A DNA stretch of 64,000 nucleotides from Rotaria socialis (lineage: Eukaryota): positions 1 through 64,000 of the forward strand of contig CAJNYD010000464.1 in NCBI GenBank assembly GCA_905331295.1, given 5' to 3'. The notes under the pieces are model-generated. The model was not told where the DNA came from. It worked only from the letters and a program-made list of their open reading frames with translations, and made no database searches. Below are positions 13,501-24,313 of this stretch, piece by piece; the stretch's first letter is position 1, and every line of letters begins with the position of its first letter. The translations under genes were made by a program, and so were the position numbers.

Positions 13501-14593
13501 AAAATCCAATCCACCTTATTCAGCTATGTACAGTAAGTGTTGTTTCGATATTAATTTGTTTTTGTTGATTCATTATTTATTTTTGACTCTAGTGGCTATA
13601 TTATCTGGTGCACGTAGTTCTCATAATTATATTTTATCAGAAAAAATATATCTAAGAATGAAATTATTGTTTCCAGATCAAAAAGATGCTCTCACATCTG
13701 GTTCAATTCTTCTTTGTAATATATATTCATAATTAGGTGATCATGAAGAAGCAGAGAATATTCGATTGAATCGAATAAAAGAAGTAGGAAAAAAGTTCAA
13801 GCAGATTTATCGTGGACTGAAGTGAATGGTGAGATAGTGGTAAGAAAATTTTCTAATAAAAATCAAATTTCAAAGAAAAGAATTTGTTCACTTTTTTAGC
13901 AATTCAAAGCTCATGACCGTTCTCATTCTCGATCAAAAGAAATTTATGCTGAAGCTGAACGTATATCATCTGAACTTATTAAACATGGACATAATTATGA
14001 TTCAAGTTGGATTACTCGTCCGTTACATGAAAATGAAAAAATGGAATCTATTTTATGTGCTCATAGTGAACGACTTGCAATTGCCTTTAATTTTATTCAA
14101 GAAACAAAACCATCGTTTATTCAAATTACAAAAAAATCTTCGTGTCTGCGGTGACTGTCGTAAGTTATCAGTTATTTTTCTATGATTCTCAGTAGCTTAT
14201 GTATTTCTTTTTGTGAAACACGATCTGAAAGGAGTGTTGAAGTATATAGAGGAGAAATTTGAACCCACCCCGGGACAGGGAAATTAAGTAATTAGCTAAT
14301 TGATTTCTCTGTCACGGTTTGTGATGGTTTGTGAATTCTCTGCCACAGTCTATGATGGTCTCTACCGACTCCATAGATCAAAATACAGACCGTGGTAGAC
14401 GGGTTCCAGCAAAGGAGTTCCATCTTGTTTCACATTTTAATCCCACAGGGATTGCGCTAACAGCTTTTCTTATTCAGATCAAGCTGCAAAATTAATTGCA
14501 AAAATTCGTCAAGTCAATATTGTTGTTCGTGATGCTAATTGTATCCATCACTTTTCTACTAATAGAACGTGTTCGTGCCAAGATCATTTTTAA
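10523..14593 (+). pseudogene. Multi-exon pentatricopeptide repeat protein with C-terminal DYW-type cytidine deaminase domain; disrupted as assembled; start approximate
   Basis: PPR motifs (VITYTAM, ICVLNTCSHSGLLNEA), LSWTEVNG, FKAHDRSH, HSERLAIAF (14062), KNLRVCGDC|H, VRDANCIHHF, CSCQDHF* (TAA 14591-14593). Frameshifts in A-runs at 13366, 13789 and 14130; TAA at 13730; more lesions in exon 1. Confidence 0.9.
11695..12241. mobile_element. Non-autonomous Mutator-like (MULE) MITE in PPR intron 1
   Basis: Imperfect TIRs (ttggcggaagaggcagaaagg / ttggtggaaaaggcagaaagg) with aacgtcgaa subrepeats. 9-bp direct repeat CGAATAAGT at 11686-11694 and 12242-12250. Empty site near 47750. Confidence 0.85.
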
Positions 14594-15134
14594 TAGATTT
14601 TGTTGTTATATCTTTATATTTACTTTTTTGTATGAAAAAATAAAATAAGATACATGATAATATATCTGTTTTTTACTTCAATCAATCAAAATTATCTTTT
14701 TTCATCAAAAAAATAACATGATACGTATAGTCGACATTGATTTTGTAATTCAACAGAAGTTCGATTTCTACTTTGTCTTAAATTTAATGCTTCATCAAAT
14801 AAATATTCAGTAAGTAGATAGCAACGATGACAATATGCATCGAACCGCGCATTCTACAGTATCCAATGGCAAAGCAACCGTTACTCATTAGACAGATACA
14901 TGGTTTCCTAAAATTATTCTGCAATATCAATACTAACCGTAGTGAATTCGTCGGTTCATTGTCAAAACGCAACCTTTTCCCTCATTCTTTAATTGGATTT
15001 TGAATAAGTATGCTTTATTTTAAAAAGAATTCAATAGGATAAACAAACATTAGAGTGATTCTACATATTCCCTTGTTTCTATCTGCTTGATTTATTAGTT
15101 CAACGGATTTACGCGCTAATTTCCTCAAAGAAGG

Positions 15135-15206
15135 CAACATATTGAAATCAAACTGTGAACATTCACAAATGTGATTTTATCACACAGTCGTCATAAATTC
15201 ATGTTG
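15135..15206 (-). promoter_or_regulatory. Eukaryotic type II SECIS element in the 3' UTR of the deiodinase-like gene
   Basis: Minus strand: CAACAU gaauuu AUGAC GACUGUG ugau AAAA UCAC auuu GUGA auguu CACAGUU UGAU uucaau AUGUUG. It has helix I, the UGA/GA quartet, helix II, an A-run 12 nt after AUGA and an apical mini-helix. Confidence 0.88.
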
Positions 15207-15299
15207 AATTTCATTGTTGAAGGCCGTCGAGTTAATGAATAAGCAGAAACAAGAAAAGGAACGAAGAAAAAGAAGAACACAGGCGATGAATACGAGGAT

Positions 15300-16774
15300 T
15301 TAGGCAATGGGACGATACGATTGATAATAATTGTCAATCCACTGATTGAGTTCATCGATGTGATAGCTAAAAGTATCATTGTCAGGCTCTGCTTTTAAAA
15401 CGAGTATTCCATTGTGAATAATGTAGAAGCGGAATGGCCAGGATCCATATGTCAGATGGAAAGTGTTGTTCATACTATCTACAAGCATGGGCATTTCAAA
15501 TTTGCAATCCTTCTGACATTCACGGGCGTTGACCAGGCGTTGTTCGAGTGTAATTGGTTGGTCTACGCGTGATATTATTTTACCCATAGGCCATTCATCG
15601 TGGGCATGTGCCTCGACAATATAAATCACCAAGAAACACAGACCATTGGGCGCATGCGAGCGAAATAGCGCGCTAGATCAAATGAATAATAAGTATAAGA
15701 TTTAATCGAATCAGCAATATTTACTTAATTCGCTCGGCAGACGCCCGAAATGGAGGTCAGCTAGTTGAGCCAGCCAAAATGACTAATGGCTGACCAGCTG
15801 TGATTTGTGAGAAAAGATTCCTGGACTGACCTTCAGTGGTATACAAATCGACGTCACGCGCACACTGGCCTTGACTGATCAGACCTTGTGTGATCTTGTT
15901 GTGCTTAACTAGAAATAAATCAACGGAGATATTTAATTGTAACATAGAAAAGTTGTAGTATTCAAGATTGAGCCATTGATTTGTACTTGAAAATCTCTAC
16001 TGACTGTGTTAATAGTAAGAATAAAATATAGCTTTTATTTCGAAAACGTTTTTCTGAAAAGCAGATTAACTTCAGAGCAACGAAGCGTCTTTTTATGTTT
16101 CTGTTCCTCTCTTTGACTCACCGTAGTAAGCTGATTTCACGACTGGATCATCTGGAAAACGGTGAAAAGCAGTTCGCAGAGCATTGACATCATGATATCC
16201 AAAATGTTCCACGACATGTTGTTGGATGAGATCGAGCACATGACTTCAATTTCATAGCAAAAGTAAATTTAGAGTACGAGATTATGTGCAGAAGTAGAGC
16301 TAACCTCAACGAAGCTTCATCGTTGTGATAAAAGTCCATTAGTTCTTGAATCGGCTCGGATAGTCGGATGCTTGTTTCATAAGTAATCATTTCGCGTACG
16401 GTCTCGATTGGAGGGAATTCAGTCGATGTTTTGATTTTATCAAAGCCCATACGACCTGATGTTGGAAAAAACATCTTGCATCTGGCTCGGGAAAAGTCCT
16501 GTAAAAAGTGATAGGAGGAGCCATTGTGATTGTCGTTTAACAAATTCGGTGGTGAAAAGGGTGAAAGTTTTACCTTATGTTGTTTATTATTAATTGGCGG
16601 AGCCTTCACTTGGGCTGCAATGGCATCTGCTGTTTGCTGCTCAATGGTGGCTTGTGCTTGACTCGCATCATTTTGTTTGTCTTGGTGTCGAACATTTTTC
16701 GAGCCTTTCAAACGTTGAAAAAAACGCGAAAAAACGTTCTGGTGGCCTTTCGAAGGTGATTGACTGCTAGCCAT
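15300..16774 (-). CDS. DIO: Iodothyronine deiodinase-like selenoprotein, 382 aa with Sec248; exons 16774-16305, 16243-16122, 15908-15725, 15672-15300
   Basis: Three GT-AG introns (61, 213, 52 nt) give a 1149-nt frame with one internal TGA (15759-15757) in PLVILAGSTS-U-PPF. Also IYIVEAHAHDEW and DSMNN..YGSWPFRFYII, matching deiodinase motifs. SECIS lies downstream. Confidence 0.92.
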
Positions 16775-18079
16775 TCACAGAACTTACATTCTTCAATTTG
16801 TGAATTAGACGTAGGCAACGCTAACACACTTTATATAAGAAAACGCAGAGCATTGGAAGCAGGTAAAGTACAAATAAGAAGCGAGCAGAATCATAATGTC
16901 TGATTTCACCATCAAGCAACAATACCCGTCATCCTTGCATTCAATCAAGAAAACATTATAGAAACAGAGCGGTGACTCATTGGCGCATGACTTGGCGTTG
17001 TCTTTTGTACAGTAGACTTCATGATTCTCTTGTTTTGCTCTACGCAACTTTCTACGTTCAGCAAATTTCATGTCACGTATGACTTTTAGTTGGTCATACG
17101 AAATAATTATTACGAGATTGCTGTATGAACCAAGAAAAAGTTTCAAAATAATCATATTCAGTGCACGCTAACCACGCATCTAAATCATCCGTATATGAGC
17201 GACACCACACTTAAATGAAGCAACATCCATATGTGACGTAAGCGAATACTGATCGAAAGTATGTTTTGAGGGTGTGGCTGGATAGGAGTATGTGTTACTA
17301 TCGGCTAGTTCAGTAATGTGACACACTCACACCTACAGTCAATACCTATCGAGAGGCAATTTTGTGCAATGAAGTGATGAGGAGCTATCGATGGAAGAAT
17401 AAACTACACTTTTAAACACGCCAATATTACTTATAGGCTGTATTCACCAAAACATCTTAAGAATATGGAGACTTTTGCCGTAGCTATGTAAAGTATTAAT
17501 AGCTTTATCCCAAGGTTTTTTAAGAAAGGAAGGAAGACGCTCAAATAGTAACGTAAAATCTTCTTGAAGTAGTGTCTTACAAATGTAAGTCCATCTTTCA
17601 ATCTTTCATAGTTAGCTTCAAAACGGTATCCCTGTACTTACATGAAGAATAGTGTTTACAAAGTTTTGATGACATGGTTGTAAATATGGATTAGAGGTAA
17701 AACTGCACACATTGACATTCAGTAATTTGATACTGAAAATATATTAAGGAGACCTAGAGCACATTTTAAATTGTATTCAACATCTATATGTTTAAATACG
17801 TCTCACATACAAACTAGAATCTATTTTCTTCCAAACAAAGAAAAGAACAAGTATGTTTTAAGTGTGTATATCTATTCTCCATTCGCAAATAACCTGTAGG
17901 TACTCACTGTTTTTTCACTCCACACGATAAATAGAGAGTAATTTTTTCGTATATTTTCTATAAAGCAATTATTGCTTATATAAAAGCAGTAGATACCACT
18001 TGAATAAAGGCATAATTGCAATACAATTTTTTCAACTGACACGCATATTCGTATCCTTTCGATAATCGACATCAGAAAA

Positions 18080-18472
18080 ATGCATAACATCAAGACTGTG
18101 ATTTACTTTATGTGCATCTTAACATTTTTAGCTGTGCATTGCAATGCACTAATAGGAAAAAAATCTGGTCAACCTGCCAAGAAAGGTGGCTGTACTCGTC
18201 TTGGTGAAGTTTGTACTACCAGTTCCGATTGTTGTGGTCATGATGATCCTGAGAGTGGCCATTGTGTTGTTTGTTATAGTTTTTGGGCTAGTCTCACTGG
18301 TAGAGGTCATGAAAAGTGTGGTTGTAGTTATGGCTCTGTTACTGTTGATCCGGAAACACATCGTGTCATCAGTAATGTTTGCAATGGTCCCGATCGATCT
18401 AGTAATAGTGTTTGTCGTACACGTGTTGCTCCTCCTGGTGATCGTTATTATCTTGGCAACAAGATCTTTTGA
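18080..18472 (+). CDS. Secreted cysteine-rich protein with knottin-like C-x6-C-x5-CC motif
   Basis: Intact 130-aa ORF with signal peptide and CTRLGEVCTTSSDCC; 10 Cys in the predicted mature part; AATAAA near 18607. Confidence 0.8.
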   Translation: MHNIKTVIYFMCILTFLAVHCNALIGKKSGQPAKKGGCTRLGEVCTTSSDCCGHDDPESGHCVVCYSFWASLTGRGHEKCGCSYGSVTVDPETHRVISNVCNGPDRSSNSVCRTRVAPPGDRYYLGNKIF

Positions 18473-18682
18473 GAACCGTGAGAAAAAGCTAAGTGCTTTA
18501 CATGCATGTAAAATTCAATCAACTCATTAATTATCACCAAAACTATTGAATACTATCAATTTTTTAGCGTATTCTCCGTTTATTTTTCTTTTTTCTTTTA
18601 TTAAAAAATAAACGCATTGGAATTATACTGTCTAGTTGCTCGAGAGTATTACCATACATGCTGAATCATTGATGGTAACACT

Positions 18683-19095
18683 GGTAACCGTCTAAAATGT
18701 CCCCAAAAAAATGTCCTTTCAAAAATGTCCCCGAGAAATGGTCCTTAGAAATATTGTCCTCCGAAAAAATGTCTTTCATTTTTTAAGATGTGCTTTCTGT
18801 AAAACATGAACAACTCTTATTCATGAAAGCAATCATGTGATATAATTAGTAAAACGAATAAAACTAATTTATTTTCCACTTGCGATAAAAAAAGAAAGTC
18901 TGTTTATCAACTCTTGTGGATCAATTTGTTTTTTGTCGAATCGTTCATAATTCTTTCATACGTGGTTCACCGATTTTTGACTTGGGTCGCTTTACACGAT
19001 GTTTTATTCAGCAATTAATCTGAAAAATGACGTCATGAGCAGTAATTGTTCCAGAAAATCTCATAAATGTATCATCAGAATTTGTATGCAAAATT
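18683..19095. mobile_element. Probable terminus of a MULE-like DNA transposon running into the gap
   Basis: ggtaaccgtc followed by tandem aaaatgtcc subrepeats (18693-18775); partner TIR not seen. Confidence 0.4.
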
Positions 19096-20091
19096 NNNNN
19101 NNNNNNNNNNNNNNNNNNNNNNNNNNNNNNNNNNNNNNNNNNNNNNNNNNNNNNNNNNNNNNNNNNNNNNNNNNNNNNNNNNNNNNNNNNNNNNNNNNNN
19201 NNNNNNNNNNNNNNNNNNNNNNNNNNNNNNNNNNNNNNNNNNNNNNNNNNNNNNNNNNNNNNNNNNNNNNNNNNNNNNNNNNNNNNNNNNNNNNNNNNNN
19301 NNNNNNNNNNNNNNNNNNNNNNNNNNNNNNNNNNNNNNNNNNNNNNNNNNNNNNNNNNNNNNNNNNNNNNNNNNNNNNNNNNNNNNNNNNNNNNNNNNNN
19401 NNNNNNNNNNNNNNNNNNNNNNNNNNNNNNNNNNNNNNNNNNNNNNNNNNNNNNNNNNNNNNNNNNNNNNNNNNNNNNNNNNNNNNNNNNNNNNNNNNNN
19501 NNNNNNNNNNNNNNNNNNNNNNNNNNNNNNNNNNNNNNNNNNNNNNNNNNNNNNNNNNNNNNNNNNNNNNNNNNNNNNNNNNNNNNNNNNNNNNNNNNNN
19601 NNNNNNNNNNNNNNNNNNNNNNNNNNNNNNNNNNNNNNNNNNNNNNNNNNNNNNNNNNNNNNNNNNNNNNNNNNNNNNNNNNNNNNNNNNNNNNNNNNNN
19701 NNNNNNNNNNNNNNNNNNNNNNNNNNNNNNNNNNNNNNNNNNNNNNNNNNNNNNNNNNNNNNNNNNNNNNNNNNNNNNNNNNNNNNNNNNNNNNNNNNNN
19801 NNNNNNNNNNNNNNNNNNNNNNNNNNNNNNNNNNNNNNNNNNNNNNNNNNNNNNNNNNNNNNNNNNNNNNNNNNNNNNNNNNNNNNNNNNNNNNNNNNNN
19901 NNNNNNNNNNNNNNNNNNNNNNNNNNNNNNNNNNNNNNNNNNNNNNNNNNNNNNNNNNNNNNNNNNNNNNNNNNNNNNNNNNNNNNNNNNNNNNNNNNNN
20001 NNNNNNNNNNNNNNNNNNNNNNNNNNNNNNNNNNNNNNNNNNNNNNNNNNNNNNNNNNNNNNNNNNNNNNNNNNNNNNNNNNNNNNNNNNN
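19096..20091. other. Assembly gap (996 N)
   Basis: Run of N; ORFs spanning it are artefacts. Confidence 1.
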
Positions 20092-20878
20092 TGATGCAAA
20101 GTTTCGTTTGCAGTAGACTTTCTTGTAAACCGAAATTAAGGCGTTATGGACGAGTTTTCAGAAAATATCGATTTAATAGGCGATTACCACTTTTAAAGAA
20201 ACGTTTTTCAAATACATCGAAAAGAGCGTACTTGAAAATACCAGATAATGTTTCTCCCGTAACTTAAGCCTGCGTTTAAATTGTCGAAACATACTATAAA
20301 TGTTAATATATGTTGAGCTTGAAAGTTGGAGATTTTTCGACCTTTTTTCTTCGTTTTAGTACTTAGCCGTTTTGTAGTTTTAAAAAATCTTTTACACATG
20401 AGTTTGTAGAGAATTGAATGCTCAATCTTTTGGGAAAATGTTCAGTTCAAATCAATGAAGAGCAAAAACGATATTGAGTAAATAATGAGACCACCATTCT
20501 TTAAGGGTCACCCGTTACTTTTATGAAATCAACTGTTTATTTTCGGGTGGGCAAATCAAAATTTCGGGCGGGCGGCGCCCACCCTGCCCATACGGTAGAT
20601 AAATCACTGCATGTGAAACAAATCACATACTTCATCTACACCCACACCTTGTATCTTTTAAAACAATCGAAGAAAATGTAGAAACCAGAAAAGGGCAGAG
20701 AGGATAGGAGAGAACGAAACTAACTAATGAAGAGTGTGATACAATAATGACGATATTTTATGAAAGTCTGATTCTCAACGTTGTGTTTTTCTGCCAGGTG
20801 TCTCCAAGAAGCAAATTAGGCGATGAGTTATCATAGATACATTATATCAACTTCACCTGCCTGGCTTTTCCCTTTTAA

Positions 20879-21116
20879 TTAACAACGACCACGACTAACA
20901 GCATGACAATCAAAACCACTCCAATCACCAAGTTGAGAAACCCGAGAACAACAATCAGGAAAATTGGGATGATCACACGTTTGACGTTGACTGATAAAAT
21001 GATGGAGAAGGTCCTTGCCAATCGCATGCTGAAACGTTGCGCTTTGTGCCATGCAGACTACCGCCAGTAGCACCAAGAAGACGGTCAAATAAATTAATTG
21101 GCTGACCTTTTGCCAT
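20879..21116 (-). CDS. Small secreted Cys-containing peptide precursor; start codon out of frame by one base
   Basis: KVSQLIYLTVFLVLLAVVCMAQS signal-like segment, then QTCDHPNFPDCC...C...C*. Removing one A from ATGGCAAAAG gives MAKVSQ. Confidence 0.55.
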
Positions 21117-22298
21117 ATGTGTCTATGTGATGATTATGGATCGCAACGCTCAGCAAATTGTTTTGAATTTAATCATAATATGAAATTTGATTGTTCAAGT
21201 CAAAGTGTCTGCGAAAATGAAGGGCAATGCTTTCAAGACTCTTCAGATTGTTCAAAAAACTCAACATACACTTGTCAACCGCGCTTTTATGGATCACGAT
21301 GCCAATTTAGTTCAAATGGATTTGTTCTATCACTTGATACTATCATTGGTTATCATAACCAGCCACATACAAATATTATCCATCAACCAATAATTATAAA
21401 AATTACTGTAGCATTAACTGTGATTTTTATGGTAATAGGATTAATCAATGATTTGTTAACTTTCATTACATTTAATAATAAATCTATGTGCCAAACTAGC
21501 TGTGGCTTTTATTTATTAATCTCATCAAATGTTACTTTTTTCATAACGCTTATATTTTCATTGAAGTTTTGGATACTTCTTCTTGTACAAATGGCAGTTA
21601 TATGAAATCGATTATTTTTATGAATTCAACGTTTATCTCTTGATTTTCTTTTAGGAGTTTGTATTAACATGAATCAATGGTTAAATGCGGCTGCTGCTAT
21701 CGAGAGAGCAATTACAATAAAAAAGAGTATTAATTCAGTGCAAAAAAAGCAAGCAAATGTCGAAAATATTTACTATTGTTCTTCTAATTTTTACTATTAG
21801 TACTAATATCTATGATCCTATTTATCGACGGTTACTCGATGAAGATGATAAACGAATATGGCCTATTGCATTGTATCCATCGAATTTACGATTATTCAAT
21901 TATATTATTCATACATTTCACTTTTTGGCTCCATTTGTCATTAATCTTATATCAGCTATTGTTCTCATAACAAAAAGATCGCGCCAGAAGTCAAATGTTC
22001 ATGCTAGTCAAACTTTCATAGAAACTTTTAAAAAAATTAAAGAGAATAGCCATTTATTAACTGCACCTGTTGTAGTAGTGATTCTTGGAATACCACGTTT
22101 AATTATTGTATTTTTATCAAAATGTATGAGATCAACAAGTGATGCATGGCTATTTCTTATTATATATTTTATTTATTCCATCTATGTTGACGTTTTCTAT
22201 ATTTATACTACCATCAAAATTTTATAAAAAAACACCTTCGTGTATCTCTCGTCTCGTTTCGAAGTAAAATACATAACAGTTTACAATATTTGAGATAA
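21117..22298 (+). pseudogene. 5'-truncated EGF-domain rhodopsin-like GPCR pseudogene
   Basis: EGF motif CENEGQC..CQPRFYGSRC, TM helices, WLNAAAAIERA (ERx motif), HFLAPFVIN, ILGIPRLII; stops at 21603 and 21621, plus frameshifts. Confidence 0.8.
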
Positions 22299-23517
22299 AA
22301 CTGATTAAAAGGCTTATGTTAAAAATGCTTATGAACTAATCAGTATTTGCTTTTTGTACATGCTGAATCTATTTCAAAATTTTCTCAATATTACTAAATA
22401 AAAAATAATGTCGCTGAGTATTTTAGCATTGTTAGTAAATGTTAGACGGTGTTAGGTGTGAGCCTCGGATAACCAAACTAAAAATGAAATCTATCTTGCA
22501 AAAAAACCTCCAAAATTCAATCACTAAACTCAAAACAAGCAGATAAATATCTTGGGGGTGGGAGTGTCAACCTTTCGTCTCCGCATCCATTAGTGTTTGC
22601 GGTTGTGCATCTTTCTGATGAAGTTTTCAATGGTTGTTAGAGAAAAATTTTGTTTTTTTTGTGGATTGGTATAGGTAATTTCTGCTCGTATCGTGAATGG
22701 TGGACGACTCGGACACATTCTATTGGCCGCCCGGCTAGCTTCACAGTGGTATTGTAATCGGACTGGATTTCATCAACAGAGCTACGATCAGCAAGTCTGC
22801 AGAATTCGGAAAAAAACAGAATGCCAAAACAAAAACAAAAAAAACGATCGAAACTCAGAATCTTTTGCCTTTTTTTAGAAGATCTGGTATCCCGACGCAC
22901 AATACTGGTTGATTCAGACCAGAAAAAAAGAAAAAAAAAGTAATGTTGATAATACGAAAGGAGACGAAGAAAAGAAGAAAAGGAACGAAATTATGCAAGG
23001 AATGAGTAAGTGTTGATATTACAAAGGATTAATATGATTATCGACAACTTCGTCGTTTTAAATTTCTTTAATTCATCGATGATTGAATTTTTCTTCATCG
23101 CCACTAGAAAACACATGTCGTATAATTTTATGAGCAACCGACAGTATAATGGCGTGAGCATTCAACTGATAGGTAGATTCGCCACACTGAGAATATAAAA
23201 AAGCAGATATAAATAGTCAATCCTTCTTCATTTCATCAGACAAATATATTGATACAGACACCAAGTTAAAAAACAGAATTTCTAATAACGCTGCATGTAG
23301 ATCTGAGCATCAGTTGTTAAGTATATCGTCGTTTCTATTTGCTTTATACTATTGACTTTCTTTTTTATCGTTCTTATTTTTCTCGTTGTCCCAGCCATGG
23401 ATATGTCATTATTGCCATAGATATTTTTCGTATGAATTATTCAATACATGTGACATTAATAATTTCAGATTCCGGCATTGATCCTATTCCACTTCAGTAA
23501 ACACGACTGGTCAAAGA

Positions 23518-24313
23518 ATGCCGTCACGTAATTTAATTTTCTTCTTTCAAAAATAATTTTCTATCATTTAAACTTTGTTTTATAGGTATTCATATATCTA
23601 TGAGCCAGTTTCTATGGTTTGCCTATATAGTGCCATGTTTTGCTCTATTTTCTTGTGTTAGTTTATCATTAATGAAAGATTTTGAAAAATCAACACGCAC
23701 ACATTGTAATGTTACTAATTTTCTTCCATCAATATCAGCATCAATCAGTGAATATGAACCACAACGTTTTATATGGCGTTTATGTTTTGCTTTGGATAGT
23801 ATTCCTCGTTATATTATTGCTTATTTACAATTAAATCATTTACTTAATCGTCATCATATTGAATATCCTGAACATTTTGCATTAGTACAAATAGCAAGTA
23901 GTACTTTTCATTTTCTTGAATTAACATTTCTCCTGTTATTGACATATGTATCATCGAGGGAAATCAAATGGATACACGAATACTCCTTTATTAGTTTTAT
24001 GATATGTTCATTGGCACATATGCTATTGACTGTATCAACCGATTATTTGTGGCCAAGAATAATGCATATTCCTTTAAATGAACAAGAAAAATCGGTACGC
24101 TCGAAAAGATTAACATGGTTTACGTTGAATATCGTTTCAATTTCGATTTCATTTTATTTTTATTATCGACATGTGACATTTTGTGAGCCATATATCTATT
24201 CCATGTTTTGTCTTTTTGAATATATTATCGTAATAACCAACATTGCCTATCATTCAGTAATTATGAATGAATGGGATCGACAAGGAGTGCAAATACAATT
24301 TCTTATTAAATAA
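23518..24313 (+). CDS. PGAP2: Post-GPI attachment to proteins factor 2 (Frag1/DRAM/Sfk1 family)
   Basis: THCNVTNFLPSISASI..PQRFIWR, YYRH..CEPYIYSMFCLFEY and NIAYH motifs. Probable first coding exon 23518-23527 with a 58-nt intron, in frame with the 23600 ORF. Confidence 0.85.

Noticed and set aside
14593..15135. Functional link between the convergent PPR-DYW and deiodinase genes (editing of the UGA)
   Set aside because: C-to-U editing cannot repair UGA, and the SECIS explains it; adjacency alone is not evidence.
18999..20267. Long ORFs across the N run
   Set aside because: Artefacts of translating the assembly gap.
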